Assembly (NCBI GenBank): GCA_903930085.1
Contig: CAIYXD010000181.1
Span: 1-26,954 of the forward strand
DNA: 26,954 nt
From: an uncultured Flavobacteriia bacterium
Lineage (GTDB): Bacteria; Bacteroidota; Bacteroidia; Flavobacteriales_D; Crocinitomicaceae
Reading direction: 5' to 3'
Shown here: positions 1 to 8,674 of the stretch, piece by piece
How positions within the stretch are numbered: position 1 is the stretch's first letter
Layout: every line of letters begins with the position of its first letter
Translations under genes and position numbers: made by a program
Notes under the pieces: model-generated
What the model was told of the DNA's origin: nothing
The model's input: the letters and a program-made list of their open reading frames with translations, nothing else
The model's database searches: none

Positions 1-698
1 ACGAACAAACCAGCGCCAATAATTGGAGAATCGCCCAATCTTCCATGTAATTTATATGCCCAGCCACTTGTTGTGCATGCACCGCTTAAATTTCCGTGAA
101 TATCCAATGCCAATAAGCCAATAGTATCATGGTTTTCATGGTTTATTTCCGGTTTTTTAAATAAATCCTGGTTTTCTTTTTTCCACTTTTTATATTCTTC
201 CTTAACCGGAGGAATTGGCGTTTTTATTTGTCCAAAACCGTGCTCTAAAGCAAATTTTTTCGCGCCGGAACCAACCAACATAACGTGCTGTGTTTTTTCC
301 ATAATTGCACGGGCAACTGAAATTGGGTGGTCTATTCCTTCGAGAAAACCAACCGCGCCGCAGCGCGATTCTTCATCCATGATACACGCATCTAGCGTTA
401 CGTGTCCGTCGCGATCCGGCATTCCACCAATTCCAACGCTTCGATTTGTAACATCTGCTTCCGTAACGCGCACACCTTTTTCGACCGCGTCGAGGGCTTT
501 TCCACCTTTCGATAAAATTTCCCAAGCGGCAGCATTCGCTGCCAAACCGTGATTCCAAGTAGAAACTACCAGAGGACCATCGATTTTTGTTTCAAAGGAT
601 CGCGTAAACAAACCACCAGCTTTTAGTGGTTGAATCGATCCAACTACTGCTCCGATTAAACCTAATTTTAGGAAATTTCTTCTTTTATCGTCTTCCAT
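1..698 (-). CDS. N4-(beta-N-acetylglucosaminyl)-L-asparaginase (glycosylasparaginase, Ntn hydrolase); 3' end runs off the window
   Basis: Not in the ORF track. Manual translation from ATG at 698: MEDDKRRNFLKLGLIG... (Tat-like RRxFLK), VVSTWNHG, ALDAVEKGV, SVGIGGMPDRDGHVTLDACIMD, HPISVARAIMEKTQHVMLVG, HDTIGLLALD (autocleavage D-T; Thr codon at 123-125), GACTTSG...GRLGDSPIIGAGLF. No stop before the window edge. Confidence 0.93.
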   Translation of the reverse strand, partial: MEDDKRRNFLKLGLIGAVVGSIQPLKAGGLFTRSFETKIDGPLVVSTWNHGLAANAAAWEILSKGGKALDAVEKGVRVTEADVTNRSVGIGGMPDRDGHVTLDACIMDEESRCGAVGFLEGIDHPISVARAIMEKTQHVMLVGSGAKKFALEHGFGQIKTPIPPVKEEYKKWKKENQDLFKKPEINHENHDTIGLLALDIHGNLSGACTTSGWAYKLHGRLGDSPIIGAGLF

Positions 699-703
699 TA
701 CTA

Positions 704-1771
704 CTAATTTTTCAATTCATTTGCCAACCAATTCTGGTATATCTTAGCATACTTCAAGTGCTTGGAATACTCTATCGCAAAATCGTGCAAACCAGAATAA
801 TCTGGTTTCGCCATCATAAAAATATACTTATTCTCCTCTCGATTTAGAACAGCATCTACCACTTCAGCCGGTGGAATACAAATTGGCCCAGGCGGTAAAC
901 CATTGATTTGATACGTATTATACGCACACACAATATCTCTGTGCACATTCAACATGCGCTGAACGCCAGCTAATTTATCTCCCCAGCAAAATTTAAAAGT
1001 CGGATCCGATTGTAATTTTATTCCCTGTTGAATTCTATTTAAATACAAGCCAGCAATTACCGGCCATTCCTCCTTGTTTCTGGATTGTTCGGAATACACA
1101 ATACTTGCTAATGTGACAACTTCCGATTCTGATTTTAATCCAATTTTATTCAATTTCTGCTTTCTTTCTTCGTTCCAAAACGCCTTAAATTCATCCGCCA
1201 TGCGCGCTACGAATTGTTTCTCATCTGTATCAAAATACATTTTATAGGTATTCGGTAAAAACATAGCTGGAAATTGCTCCTGCGTAAAACCGTATTTTTT
1301 CAGTGTTTCAGAATTCGTTAGATAATCCACTAATTTCAAACTATCGACAGCTAATTTGGTGGAGATTTTCCCAGCCATTTGGTAAACATCCCGACAATTA
1401 TTAAAGGTAACATCCACTTCGACCTCCGCGTTTCCATTTCCTGCAGAATTTAAGGTGAAACCGTTTAAAAGCGTTCTATACTGCGTTTCCGGTGCAATAA
1501 TGTATTTACCCAATGCGATTGTTTTCTGCGATAAACCTTTGTATTCTGCTACATCCACAAAAGCATCCACTTTGTCGATTACGCCTTGTTTTTTTAAATC
1601 TTCTGCCAAATCTTCCACCGAGATTGGTGCTTTTATAAAATACGTAACGGAAGCAGAATTGTTTAATGTTAAAATCCTACTATTCCGAAACAAAGAAAGC
1701 TTTGGAAGTAATAAAAGACTTAAAAGTAGAAGCGGACCGCCAAGGCCAATGATTATTTTTCTTTTAGACAT
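704..1771 (-). CDS. mltG: Endolytic transglycosylase MltG (YceG family)
   Basis: N-terminal TM anchor; LASIVYSEQ catalytic Glu motif; IAGLYLNRIQQGIKLQSDPT; YNTYQINGLPPGPICIP; YIFMMAKPDYSGLHDF. Confidence 0.94.
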   Translation of the reverse strand: MSKRKIIIGLGGPLLLLSLLLLPKLSLFRNSRILTLNNSASVTYFIKAPISVEDLAEDLKKQGVIDKVDAFVDVAEYKGLSQKTIALGKYIIAPETQYRTLLNGFTLNSAGNGNAEVEVDVTFNNCRDVYQMAGKISTKLAVDSLKLVDYLTNSETLKKYGFTQEQFPAMFLPNTYKMYFDTDEKQFVARMADEFKAFWNEERKQKLNKIGLKSESEVVTLASIVYSEQSRNKEEWPVIAGLYLNRIQQGIKLQSDPTFKFCWGDKLAGVQRMLNVHRDIVCAYNTYQINGLPPGPICIPPAEVVDAVLNREENKYIFMMAKPDYSGLHDFAIEYSKHLKYAKIYQNWLANELKN

Positions 1772-2277
1772 AATTGAAAATTAATTTCGTCAATACGTTG
1801 ACCTTTGTGTAAAAACCATTCTTTGCGAATACCCGTTTGGATAAATCCGCATGTTGAAAACAAACCAATACTTTCGATATTATCCGCTTGAATGGAACAA
1901 TATAAATTGTGTAGCGCTAAATATTCGCGTGCATAATTCACCATTAATTCGATACTTTCTCGGGCGTAACCTTGCTGCTTGTGGGAACTTTCGCCAATAA
2001 TAATTCCAACTGCAGCATTTCCATTTCTAAAATCCGCGTCGTACAAATCAATCGCACCAATTGGTTCTTCCGTTTCGTTCAAACAAATCAGAAATCGAAG
2101 TTGTCCAGTAGAACGAATATGTTGTTGTTGCTCAATTAATTGTAGGATTCCGTGCATGGAAAATGGCACTTCTGTATCCGTAACTTTCCAATGCGCAGGA
2201 TTATTTTCCCACAACATTAACTTGGTAGCATCCGATGGTTCAACGGATCGTAGGAATATATTTTTGGATTTTAGCAT
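1753..2277 (-). CDS. GNAT family N-acetyltransferase (RimJ/RimL-like)
   Basis: IFLRSVEPSDA start; IGAIDLYD; acetyl-CoA motif KQQGYA; NIESIGLFSTCGF; GIRKEW. The dapF-GNAT-mltG order is familiar from Bacteroidota. Confidence 0.88.
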   Translation of the reverse strand: MLKSKNIFLRSVEPSDATKLMLWENNPAHWKVTDTEVPFSMHGILQLIEQQQHIRSTGQLRFLICLNETEEPIGAIDLYDADFRNGNAAVGIIIGESSHKQQGYARESIELMVNYAREYLALHNLYCSIQADNIESIGLFSTCGFIQTGIRKEWFLHKGQRIDEINFQLCLKEK

Positions 2278-2770
2278 TTTCTAAAGTACGCAATCTATTA
2301 GCAATATCAATTTTGGTGTACGCAGGAATTCCAGCGTAATCTTTCGTCAAATTTAACCCAAAAACCGTTTCAATTTGTTGCTTGCTTTCTAAAAATTTCA
2401 ATAAAGTTGAAAGTTGTGAAACAGAATCGGAACAGCCTAGAATCTCAGTTATTGGAGCAAGACAGGTTTGACCATTCCTCCCAGCCTTTTCATACCCATT
2501 AAAAATGGTTTGAACATATTCCAAATTTGTTTGGGTTTTCAGCTTCACAAGAACGGTTGCGATTTTTTTTTGCTGGATCACAAGCAGCGCGTTATTGCTC
2601 TCTTTTTTGTCGTCCTTACCATTAACTTTCAAACTAAAATATGCGCCGTTTATGGAACATCCGATATGCGGAGGAATTTTGTCTGCGTGCCAAATCCATA
2701 GAAAAAAGCCATCATTTAGTGTGCTTTCAGCATGTAAATCAAGAACATTTTCAAAATCAAAACTAGACAT
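2240..2770 (-). CDS. Hypothetical protein, possible permuted papain-like (NlpC/P60 YiiX/YaeF-type) fold
   Basis: 176-aa ORF overlapping dapF by 8 nt and the GNAT gene by 38 nt, so probably a real operon member. Has His in PPHIGC and a later Cys in TCLAPI. The fold call is inference. Confidence 0.7.
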   Translation of the reverse strand: MSSFDFENVLDLHAESTLNDGFFLWIWHADKIPPHIGCSINGAYFSLKVNGKDDKKESNNALLVIQQKKIATVLVKLKTQTNLEYVQTIFNGYEKAGRNGQTCLAPITEILGCSDSVSQLSTLLKFLESKQQIETVFGLNLTKDYAGIPAYTKIDIANRLRTLENAKIQKYIPTIR

Positions 2771-3545
2771 TCATTTCGCCTTTAAAAACAAAAACTGCGG
2801 GACCAATCAATTGAATTTCCGAAAATTCAGCATTCTCTTTATTTATAAAATTCACCTGTAATTCACCGCCTTTAACGGCTACTTTAATACTATTCGAACC
2901 AGTCTGATTATGCATTAAACTGCTTACTAGCGCACAAGCAGTTGCTCCGGTTCCACAAGATAAGGTCTCGTTTTCCACGCCACGCTCGTACGTTGCGATT
3001 TTCAGCGAACCATCCGATTGCATTTCCACGAGATTTACATTAATTCCATCTTTCAAAAACTGCTCGGAATAGCGAATTTCCCTTCCGGTTGTGTAAATAT
3101 TTTTCGAGGAAAGGTCGGAAACAAATTTCACATAATGCGGCGAACCTGTATGCAGAATAAAATCTTTTTCAGCGGTTTGAACATGCTTAACGTCCGCCAT
3201 GTTTAGCGCAATCAAATCGCCTTTTTTTCGGGCAGTATGCAATCCATCTATCGCTAGAAACTGGGTTTCAGAAATGGAAAAACCAAGTGTTTCAGCAAAG
3301 GCAACAGCGCATCTAGCGCCATTTCCGCAAAAACTTTTCGAACCGTCCGAATTGAAATATTCTACTTCAAAGTCGCTATTAGCATTTGCGTTAATCTTAA
3401 TCAAGCCATCTGCACCAATACCAAATTTCCTGTCGCACAAAAATTGAATTTGCGACAAGGTGAGGGAAGAATAATGGCCTTCCAAATTATCCAATAAGAT
3501 AAAATCGTTGCCTGTTCCTTGGTATTTTTGGAATTCAATTTTCAT
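2763..3545 (-). CDS. dapF: Diaminopimelate epimerase
   Basis: KYQGTGNDF, LCDRKFGIGADG, FNSDGSKSFCGNGARC, TGSPHYV, GINVN, TYERGVENETLSCGTGATA. Confidence 0.97.
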   Translation of the reverse strand: MKIEFQKYQGTGNDFILLDNLEGHYSSLTLSQIQFLCDRKFGIGADGLIKINANANSDFEVEYFNSDGSKSFCGNGARCAVAFAETLGFSISETQFLAIDGLHTARKKGDLIALNMADVKHVQTAEKDFILHTGSPHYVKFVSDLSSKNIYTTGREIRYSEQFLKDGINVNLVEMQSDGSLKIATYERGVENETLSCGTGATACALVSSLMHNQTGSNSIKVAVKGGELQVNFINKENAEFSEIQLIGPAVFVFKGEMNV

Positions 3546-3561
3546 GCAGAACTATTTCACA

Positions 3562-3569
3562 CAAAAATA
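3562..3569 (-). promoter_or_regulatory. Bacteroidota sigma-A -7 element (TATTTTTG) for the dapF operon
   Basis: Exact TAnnTTTG match on the minus strand 16 nt upstream of the dapF ATG; no matching -33 TTTG found. Confidence 0.45.
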
Positions 3570-3624
3570 GTGCTTTATTTGGTATAAAAAAAACAGAATA
3601 CTTAACAATATTTAACAGCATAAC

Positions 3625-3653
3625 TGTAACAAAATTAGGGTTCCTAGCGTTAT
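3625..3653 (+). promoter_or_regulatory. Candidate ECF-sigma promoter for degP (TGTAAC-N17-CGTTAT)
   Basis: AAC-N17-CGT spacing typical of ECF promoters, 54 nt upstream of the degP ATG. Confidence 0.45.
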
Positions 3654-3707
3654 TATTGCAGTAAAATTTTAGAACAAAAGGTCAAATTAACAACAAAAGA
3701 AAAAAAG

Positions 3708-5180
3708 ATGAAAAACAACATTAAGCTATTTGGTTTAGGACTTTTGGGAGGGATGCTCCCGCTTGGCGCTTATTTAATGTTGAACGGAACAAGCTACAAC
3801 AGTTTGTCGGAAGAAGTTATCGATGGAAATCGAAACTTTCATGCACGTTCAGTGAATTTGGAAGGAATGAATGCCGCAGGTCCAAATTTTATTGACGCTT
3901 CTGAAAGCACCATTAATTCGGTTGTGCACGTCACAACAAAAGTGGTAAAAACCTCCTTTCAGCGCGATCCATTCCAGGAATTCTTTTACGGTCCGGGAGC
4001 TGGCGGTAGAGAATTCAAACAATATGGTGCTGGCGCAGGATCCGGCGTAATAATTTCCTCGGAAGGATATATTGTAACAAACAACCACGTGATTCAAGAT
4101 GCAAGTGAAATTGAAGTTATCCTCAACGACAATTCAAAATACACAGCAAAAATAGTTGGTTCGGATCCCGCGACAGATATTGCAGTATTAAAAATTGAAG
4201 GAAAAGGATTTACTGCAATTCCATTGGGAAACAGTGACGAATTGCGCATTGGGGAATGGGTATTGGCCGTTGGAAATCCATTTAATTTAACGTCAACCGT
4301 AACTGCTGGAATAGTTTCTGCGAAAGCACGAAACATCAATTTGCTTGCGGATCGTTCCAAACAAGATATCGTTCCGATAGAATCTTTCATTCAAACCGAC
4401 GCTGCTGTGAATCCAGGGAATAGTGGTGGCGCATTGGTTAATACACGCGGAGAATTAGTTGGTATTAACACTGCAATCGCTTCGCAAACAGGAAGTTATT
4501 CTGGTTATTCCTTTGCTGTTCCTGTGAATTTGGTGAATAAAGTAATGCGGGATTTAATCGATTATGGAATTGTACAACGCGGATTTTTAGGCGTTCAAAT
4601 CTCGGATATCAACCAAGAAATCAAAGAGACGAATAAATTACCGAGTTTAAAAGGCGTCTTCATTTCCAAAGTTACAGACAATGGAAGTGCTGAAAAAGCA
4701 GGCGTTAAAGATGGAGATGTCATTCTAAAAATTGGAACAAAAGAAGTTAATTCCGTTGCCGAATTGCAGGAAGAAATTGGAAAAAGAAGACCTGGCGATA
4801 AAGTTTCACTTACTATTCGCGGTAAAAATGGGAATGAAGAAATAAAAGAACTCGTTTTGCGTAACCAAGATGGGGAAACAAAGTTAGTATCAAAGGAGGA
4901 AATTGCTAAAAACGTTGCTTTGGGTGCGACATTTCTAGAATTAACTAGTAAAGATAGAAAGGAACTCAATATTTCAAATGGCGTTAAAATTGGCACTTTA
5001 ACCTCCGGAAAACTTAAATCTATTGGTTTGCAGCCGGGAATGGTCATCACTAAAGTGAATAACGAACCGGTGGAAACAGTGGAACAATTGACAACAAAAT
5101 TAAATGGCGGAAACAAGGGGATTTTGCTGGAAGTTTTATCCGAAAGCGGGAAGAAAGAATACTTTGGTTTTGGATTGTAG
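3708..5180 (+). CDS. degP: HtrA/DegP (Do family) periplasmic serine protease with two PDZ domains
   Basis: N-terminal anchor; GSGVIISSEGYIVTNNHV (His); DIAVLKI (Asp); IQTDAAVNPGNSGGAL (Ser); two C-terminal PDZ-like repeats. Confidence 0.95.
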   Translation: MKNNIKLFGLGLLGGMLPLGAYLMLNGTSYNSLSEEVIDGNRNFHARSVNLEGMNAAGPNFIDASESTINSVVHVTTKVVKTSFQRDPFQEFFYGPGAGGREFKQYGAGAGSGVIISSEGYIVTNNHVIQDASEIEVILNDNSKYTAKIVGSDPATDIAVLKIEGKGFTAIPLGNSDELRIGEWVLAVGNPFNLTSTVTAGIVSAKARNINLLADRSKQDIVPIESFIQTDAAVNPGNSGGALVNTRGELVGINTAIASQTGSYSGYSFAVPVNLVNKVMRDLIDYGIVQRGFLGVQISDINQEIKETNKLPSLKGVFISKVTDNGSAEKAGVKDGDVILKIGTKEVNSVAELQEEIGKRRPGDKVSLTIRGKNGNEEIKELVLRNQDGETKLVSKEEIAKNVALGATFLELTSKDRKELNISNGVKIGTLTSGKLKSIGLQPGMVITKVNNEPVETVEQLTTKLNGGNKGILLEVLSESGKKEYFGFGL

Positions 5181-5309
5181 ATATAAAAGTAAAAGGGCAC
5201 GATTTTTGACGAATTTTTTGACAGTGTTTAAACAGCGAAGACGCTAAAAAGGCAAATAGCGCCTAGAAAATCAAACAATAGCTTGTAACTAAAAAATAGT
5301 ACTGATTTT

Positions 5310-5342
5310 TTTGGAAATCTGTATCTTTTGGTTGTACCTTTG
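5310..5342 (+). promoter_or_regulatory. Canonical Bacteroidota sigma-A promoter of rpoD
   Basis: TTTG (5310-5313), 21-nt spacer, TACCTTTG (5335-5342): full -33/-7 consensus, 48 nt upstream of the ATG. Confidence 0.75.
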
Positions 5343-5390
5343 TGAAAAATTTCCCACACACAAATTTTAAAAAGACGAATTTAAAAGCGG

Positions 5391-6257
5391 ATGAGACAGT
5401 TAAAAATTACCAAGTCGATTACCAATCGCGAGAGTCAATCATTAGACAAGTACTTGCAAGACATTGGTAAAGAGGAGTTGATAACAGCAGAAGAGGAAGT
5501 AGAATTAGCCCGAAAAATAAAGCAAGGAGATCAAAAAGCCTTGGAGAAATTAACGAGAGCAAATTTACGATTCGTGGTCTCTGTGGCGAAACAATACCAA
5601 AATCAGGGATTAACCCTACCAGATTTAATCAACGAAGGAAACTTGGGTTTGATTAAAGCAGCACAAAAATTTGACGAAACCCGTGGTTTTAAATTCATTT
5701 CGTATGCTGTTTGGTGGATTCGTCAATCTATTTTGCAAGCATTAGCGGAACAAGCGCGAATTGTGCGATTACCGTTGAACCAAGTAGGTTCGTTAAATAA
5801 GATCAATAAAGCTTTTTCGCGCTTGGAACAAGAATTTGAGCGCCCACCGTCAGCGGAAGAATTAGCAGAAGCACTGGAAGTTCCAGAAGATAAAATCAAA
5901 GAAAGTTTAAACGTTTCAGGTCGCCACGTATCGATGGATGCACCATTGTCCACTTCAGAAGATGGTGGAACATTAATGGATGTGATGGCAAATGCAGATT
6001 CTCCAAAAGCGGATCACGCATTAATGGCGGAATCTCTTCAAAAAGAAATCGAGCGTTCACTGAGTACATTAACGGATAAAGAAAGAGAAATCATCCGTTT
6101 ATTTTTCGGTATCGGAATGAATCACGGTTTAACACTGGAAGAAATTGGTTCTAAATTTAACTTGACACGCGAACGCGTTCGTCAGATTAAAGAGAAAGCC
6201 ATTCGAAGGTTGCGACATACCTCACGAAACAAATTGCTCAAAGCATATTTGGGATAA
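5391..6257 (+). CDS. rpoD: Primary RNA polymerase sigma factor, Bacteroidota short form
   Basis: [15 protein letters not shown] start; [13 protein letters not shown]; [37 protein letters not shown]; region 4 LTLEEIG...[18 protein letters not shown]; no region 1.1. Confidence 0.97.
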   Translation: MRQLKITKSITNRESQSLDKYLQDIGKEELITAEEEVELARKIKQGDQKALEKLTRANLRFVVSVAKQYQNQGLTLPDLINEGNLGLIKAAQKFDETRGFKFISYAVWWIRQSILQALAEQARIVRLPLNQVGSLNKINKAFSRLEQEFERPPSAEELAEALEVPEDKIKESLNVSGRHVSMDAPLSTSEDGGTLMDVMANADSPKADHALMAESLQKEIERSLSTLTDKEREIIRLFFGIGMNHGLTLEEIGSKFNLTRERVRQIKEKAIRRLRHTSRNKLLKAYLG

Positions 6258-6293
6258 AAAAAAGGCTGTCTACGTTTGTGGACAGCCTTTTTT
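6258..6293 (+). terminator. Intrinsic terminator after rpoD (bidirectional shape)
   Basis: AAAAAAGGCTGTC / GACAGCCTTTTTT 13-bp inverted repeat directly after the stop codon. Confidence 0.9.
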
Positions 6294-6348
6294 GCTTTAT
6301 ACAATTTTTAAAATTACCCGTTAAATTTAAATAAAACAATTACTAAAA

Positions 6349-7809
6349 GTGAAAGAAATGGAAGCTGCCGGAGGTTACGAAAAAGAACTTAAATCGCACG
6401 TAGAAAGAGAACGTGCTGCTGTAAAATTATCGAATAAAATTGGAGAGTTAATGTATGAGAAAGGAATCGAGCTTGTTCTTTTTCGCAATCACTTAACAGA
6501 CGTAACCATCTCCGAAATCTTGAATTTACATGAATATGCGCGTAAGGTTGTAAATAAACCTATCGACGTATTTACCTCCTCCGAACTAGCGGAAGAAATA
6601 TTTAAAATGGAACTTGCACCATCCAAATTGGACATTGGTAAATTATCCAGTGAATGGTTGGCGGAGCACGCAAATTATACTTCAAAAGCAGATTTTTTAT
6701 CCAAGAAACTTGCAAATTTCGGTGTTTCCAATAACCGTGTGATAGAACCAAGAGACGTTGTTTTATATGGTTTTGGTAGAATTGGGCGTTTGGCTGCACG
6801 GGAATTAATCAAACAAGCTGGAAAAGGACAACAACTTCGTTTGAGAGCGATTGTAACGCGTGGTTCAACCGATGCGGATATTATCAAACGTGCTTCCCTT
6901 TTGAGAACCGATTCTGTGCATGGCGCATTTAAAGGTTCCGTAATCGAAGATCTAGAAAATAAAGCCTTGATTATAAATGGTCAAATTGTAAAAATGATTG
7001 ACGCTAGTAATCCGGAAGATATTGATTACACAAGCTACGGCATTCAAAACGCACTAGTTATCGACAATACAGGTGTTTTCACGAACCGAGAAGCTTTATC
7101 GCGGCATCTTCAAGCGAAAGGTGTTTCCAAGGTTATTTTAACTGCTCCTGGAAAAGAAATTCCAAACATTGTTTATGGTATCAACCAAGACACATTGGAT
7201 TTAGAAAATGAGAATATTTTTTCTGCTGCATCTTGCACAACAAATGCAATTTCACCAGTATTGAAAGTTATCAACGATAAATACGGCGTGGTAAAAGGCC
7301 ATATTGAAACGGTTCACGCTTACACAAACGACCAGAATTTATTGGATAATATGCACAAAAAACCACGTCGTGGTCGCGCTGCAGCAATAAATATGGTAAT
7401 TACCTCCACTGGAGCTGGTGCGGCTGTTACGAAAGTTATTCCAGATCTTATGGATAAATTAACGGCAAACGCGGTGCGTGTTCCAACGCCAAATGGTTCT
7501 CTTGCAATTTTAAGTCTGGAGTTAAACAGTCATACTTCCGTTGATGAAGTGAATGCGTTGATGAAAGATGCTGCATTGAATGGTGAATTGGTAAATCAAA
7601 TCTTTTATTCGTATGATCCAGAACTTGTTTCGAGTGATATTATTGGAAATACGTGTTGTTCGGTATTTGATTCACATGCAACAATCGTTTCTAAAGACGG
7701 GAAAAATGTTGTTTTATACGCTTGGTACGATAATGAATTTGGGTATACGAAGCAAGTTATTCGTTTAGCAAAACACGTTGCAAAAGTAAGAAGAGCAATC
7801 TATTATTGA
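6349..7809 (+). CDS. gap: Glyceraldehyde-3-phosphate dehydrogenase, long form with N-terminal extension
   Basis: VVLYGFGRIGRLAAR, DSVHG, IDNTGVF, catalytic SAASCTTNAI, HAYTNDQNL, RVPTPNGS, WYDNEFGY; about 130-aa N-terminal extension typical of this clade. GTG start (ATG at 6358 is an alternative). Confidence 0.95.
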   Translation: MKEMEAAGGYEKELKSHVERERAAVKLSNKIGELMYEKGIELVLFRNHLTDVTISEILNLHEYARKVVNKPIDVFTSSELAEEIFKMELAPSKLDIGKLSSEWLAEHANYTSKADFLSKKLANFGVSNNRVIEPRDVVLYGFGRIGRLAARELIKQAGKGQQLRLRAIVTRGSTDADIIKRASLLRTDSVHGAFKGSVIEDLENKALIINGQIVKMIDASNPEDIDYTSYGIQNALVIDNTGVFTNREALSRHLQAKGVSKVILTAPGKEIPNIVYGINQDTLDLENENIFSAASCTTNAISPVLKVINDKYGVVKGHIETVHAYTNDQNLLDNMHKKPRRGRAAAINMVITSTGAGAAVTKVIPDLMDKLTANAVRVPTPNGSLAILSLELNSHTSVDEVNALMKDAALNGELVNQIFYSYDPELVSSDIIGNTCCSVFDSHATIVSKDGKNVVLYAWYDNEFGYTKQVIRLAKHVAKVRRAIYY

Positions 7810-7829
7810 TATTATTTTAAAACGCTTGA

Positions 7830-7861
7830 GGCGCCTTCATTCATCGTGAAGGCGCTTTTTT
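7830..7861 (+). terminator. Intrinsic terminator between convergent gap and the ECF operon
   Basis: GCGCCTTCA / TGAAGGCGC 9-bp stem followed by T6. Confidence 0.85.
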
Positions 7862-7883
7862 ATGCGCTAATTTTATCTATTAA

Positions 7884-8672
7884 TTAAAATGTTGCGGTCA
7901 ATAAATCGAACAAACCAGGTTGCTTCGCAGCGGATTGTGACCTATTTGTGTGTACCCTATTTTCATCGAATTTTTCATCCTCGTACGTATCTCTTGAAAC
8001 ACCTGAACCTCCTGAAAACGCAGAGTATTCCATCGTGGAAACAGCTCTTTCAATCCCGCCTTGTGCACCATCCGAAAATGCTAATTCTTCCTGGATTTGA
8101 GCACTCCCAATTTGATCCGCATAATTTGTTGCAACCAAACGTTGCTGTGCAACAGCTTCCGGATTCTCGCTGTTTGCGGTTTGTTGGTTTTCTGTCGAAG
8201 TAGAAACGTTCAAAGCCTTCTTTTTCTCGTTAGTTGATTTTGGCGTTTCTGTTTGTTTTATGTTCGTTCCGTTATCCGTTGTTGCGACTTGACGCGTTTC
8301 CTCCACGATTTCTTTCGAAGCTAAAAACGGATACAGTAAAACCACCAACAGACAAACCGCTGCGAATTGAAAAACAGGACGGTAGATCCATTTTTTCTCC
8401 GTTGGAAAAATAACCGTCAAGATGGAATTGTACCAAAAAACTGGTTTTTTTTCACCCTGTTTTTGAGAAAAAAGTTGATCCAGAGAAGCTTTCGTTTCTT
8501 TTTTTGGAAATCCTTTCTCGGACATTGAAAGCGCTGCTGTTGCCTGCATAACATCCTTCAACTGGTCGAATTCCTCTTCTGAATTACACCATTCTTTTAA
8601 ATCGTCCTTCTCCCTCGGAGAAAGTTCAATATAGCGCTTGAAGCGGACGATTTCCACTAATTCATTTTCCAT
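7884..8672 (-). CDS. Probable membrane anti-sigma factor
   Basis: Starts 2 nt after the ECF stop. Short cytoplasmic N-terminus (ELSPREKDDLKEWC...EEFDQLK) resembling Bacteroidota anti-sigma N-termini, one TM segment (VFQFAAVCLLVVLLYPFL), polar low-complexity C-terminal tail. Confidence 0.65.
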   Translation of the reverse strand: MENELVEIVRFKRYIELSPREKDDLKEWCNSEEEFDQLKDVMQATAALSMSEKGFPKKETKASLDQLFSQKQGEKKPVFWYNSILTVIFPTEKKWIYRPVFQFAAVCLLVVLLYPFLASKEIVEETRQVATTDNGTNIKQTETPKSTNEKKKALNVSTSTENQQTANSENPEAVAQQRLVATNYADQIGSAQIQEELAFSDGAQGGIERAVSTMEYSAFSGGSGVSRDTYEDEKFDENRVHTNRSQSAAKQPGLFDLLTATF

Positions 8673-8674
8673 TA

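Noticed and set aside
373-558. 61-aa minus-strand ORF in the track
   Set aside because: Alternative frame inside the glycosylasparaginase gene (1-698), which has clear family motifs.
5391-6257. Short rpoD as a truncated or alternative sigma
   Set aside because: Lack of region 1.1 is normal for the Bacteroidota primary sigma.
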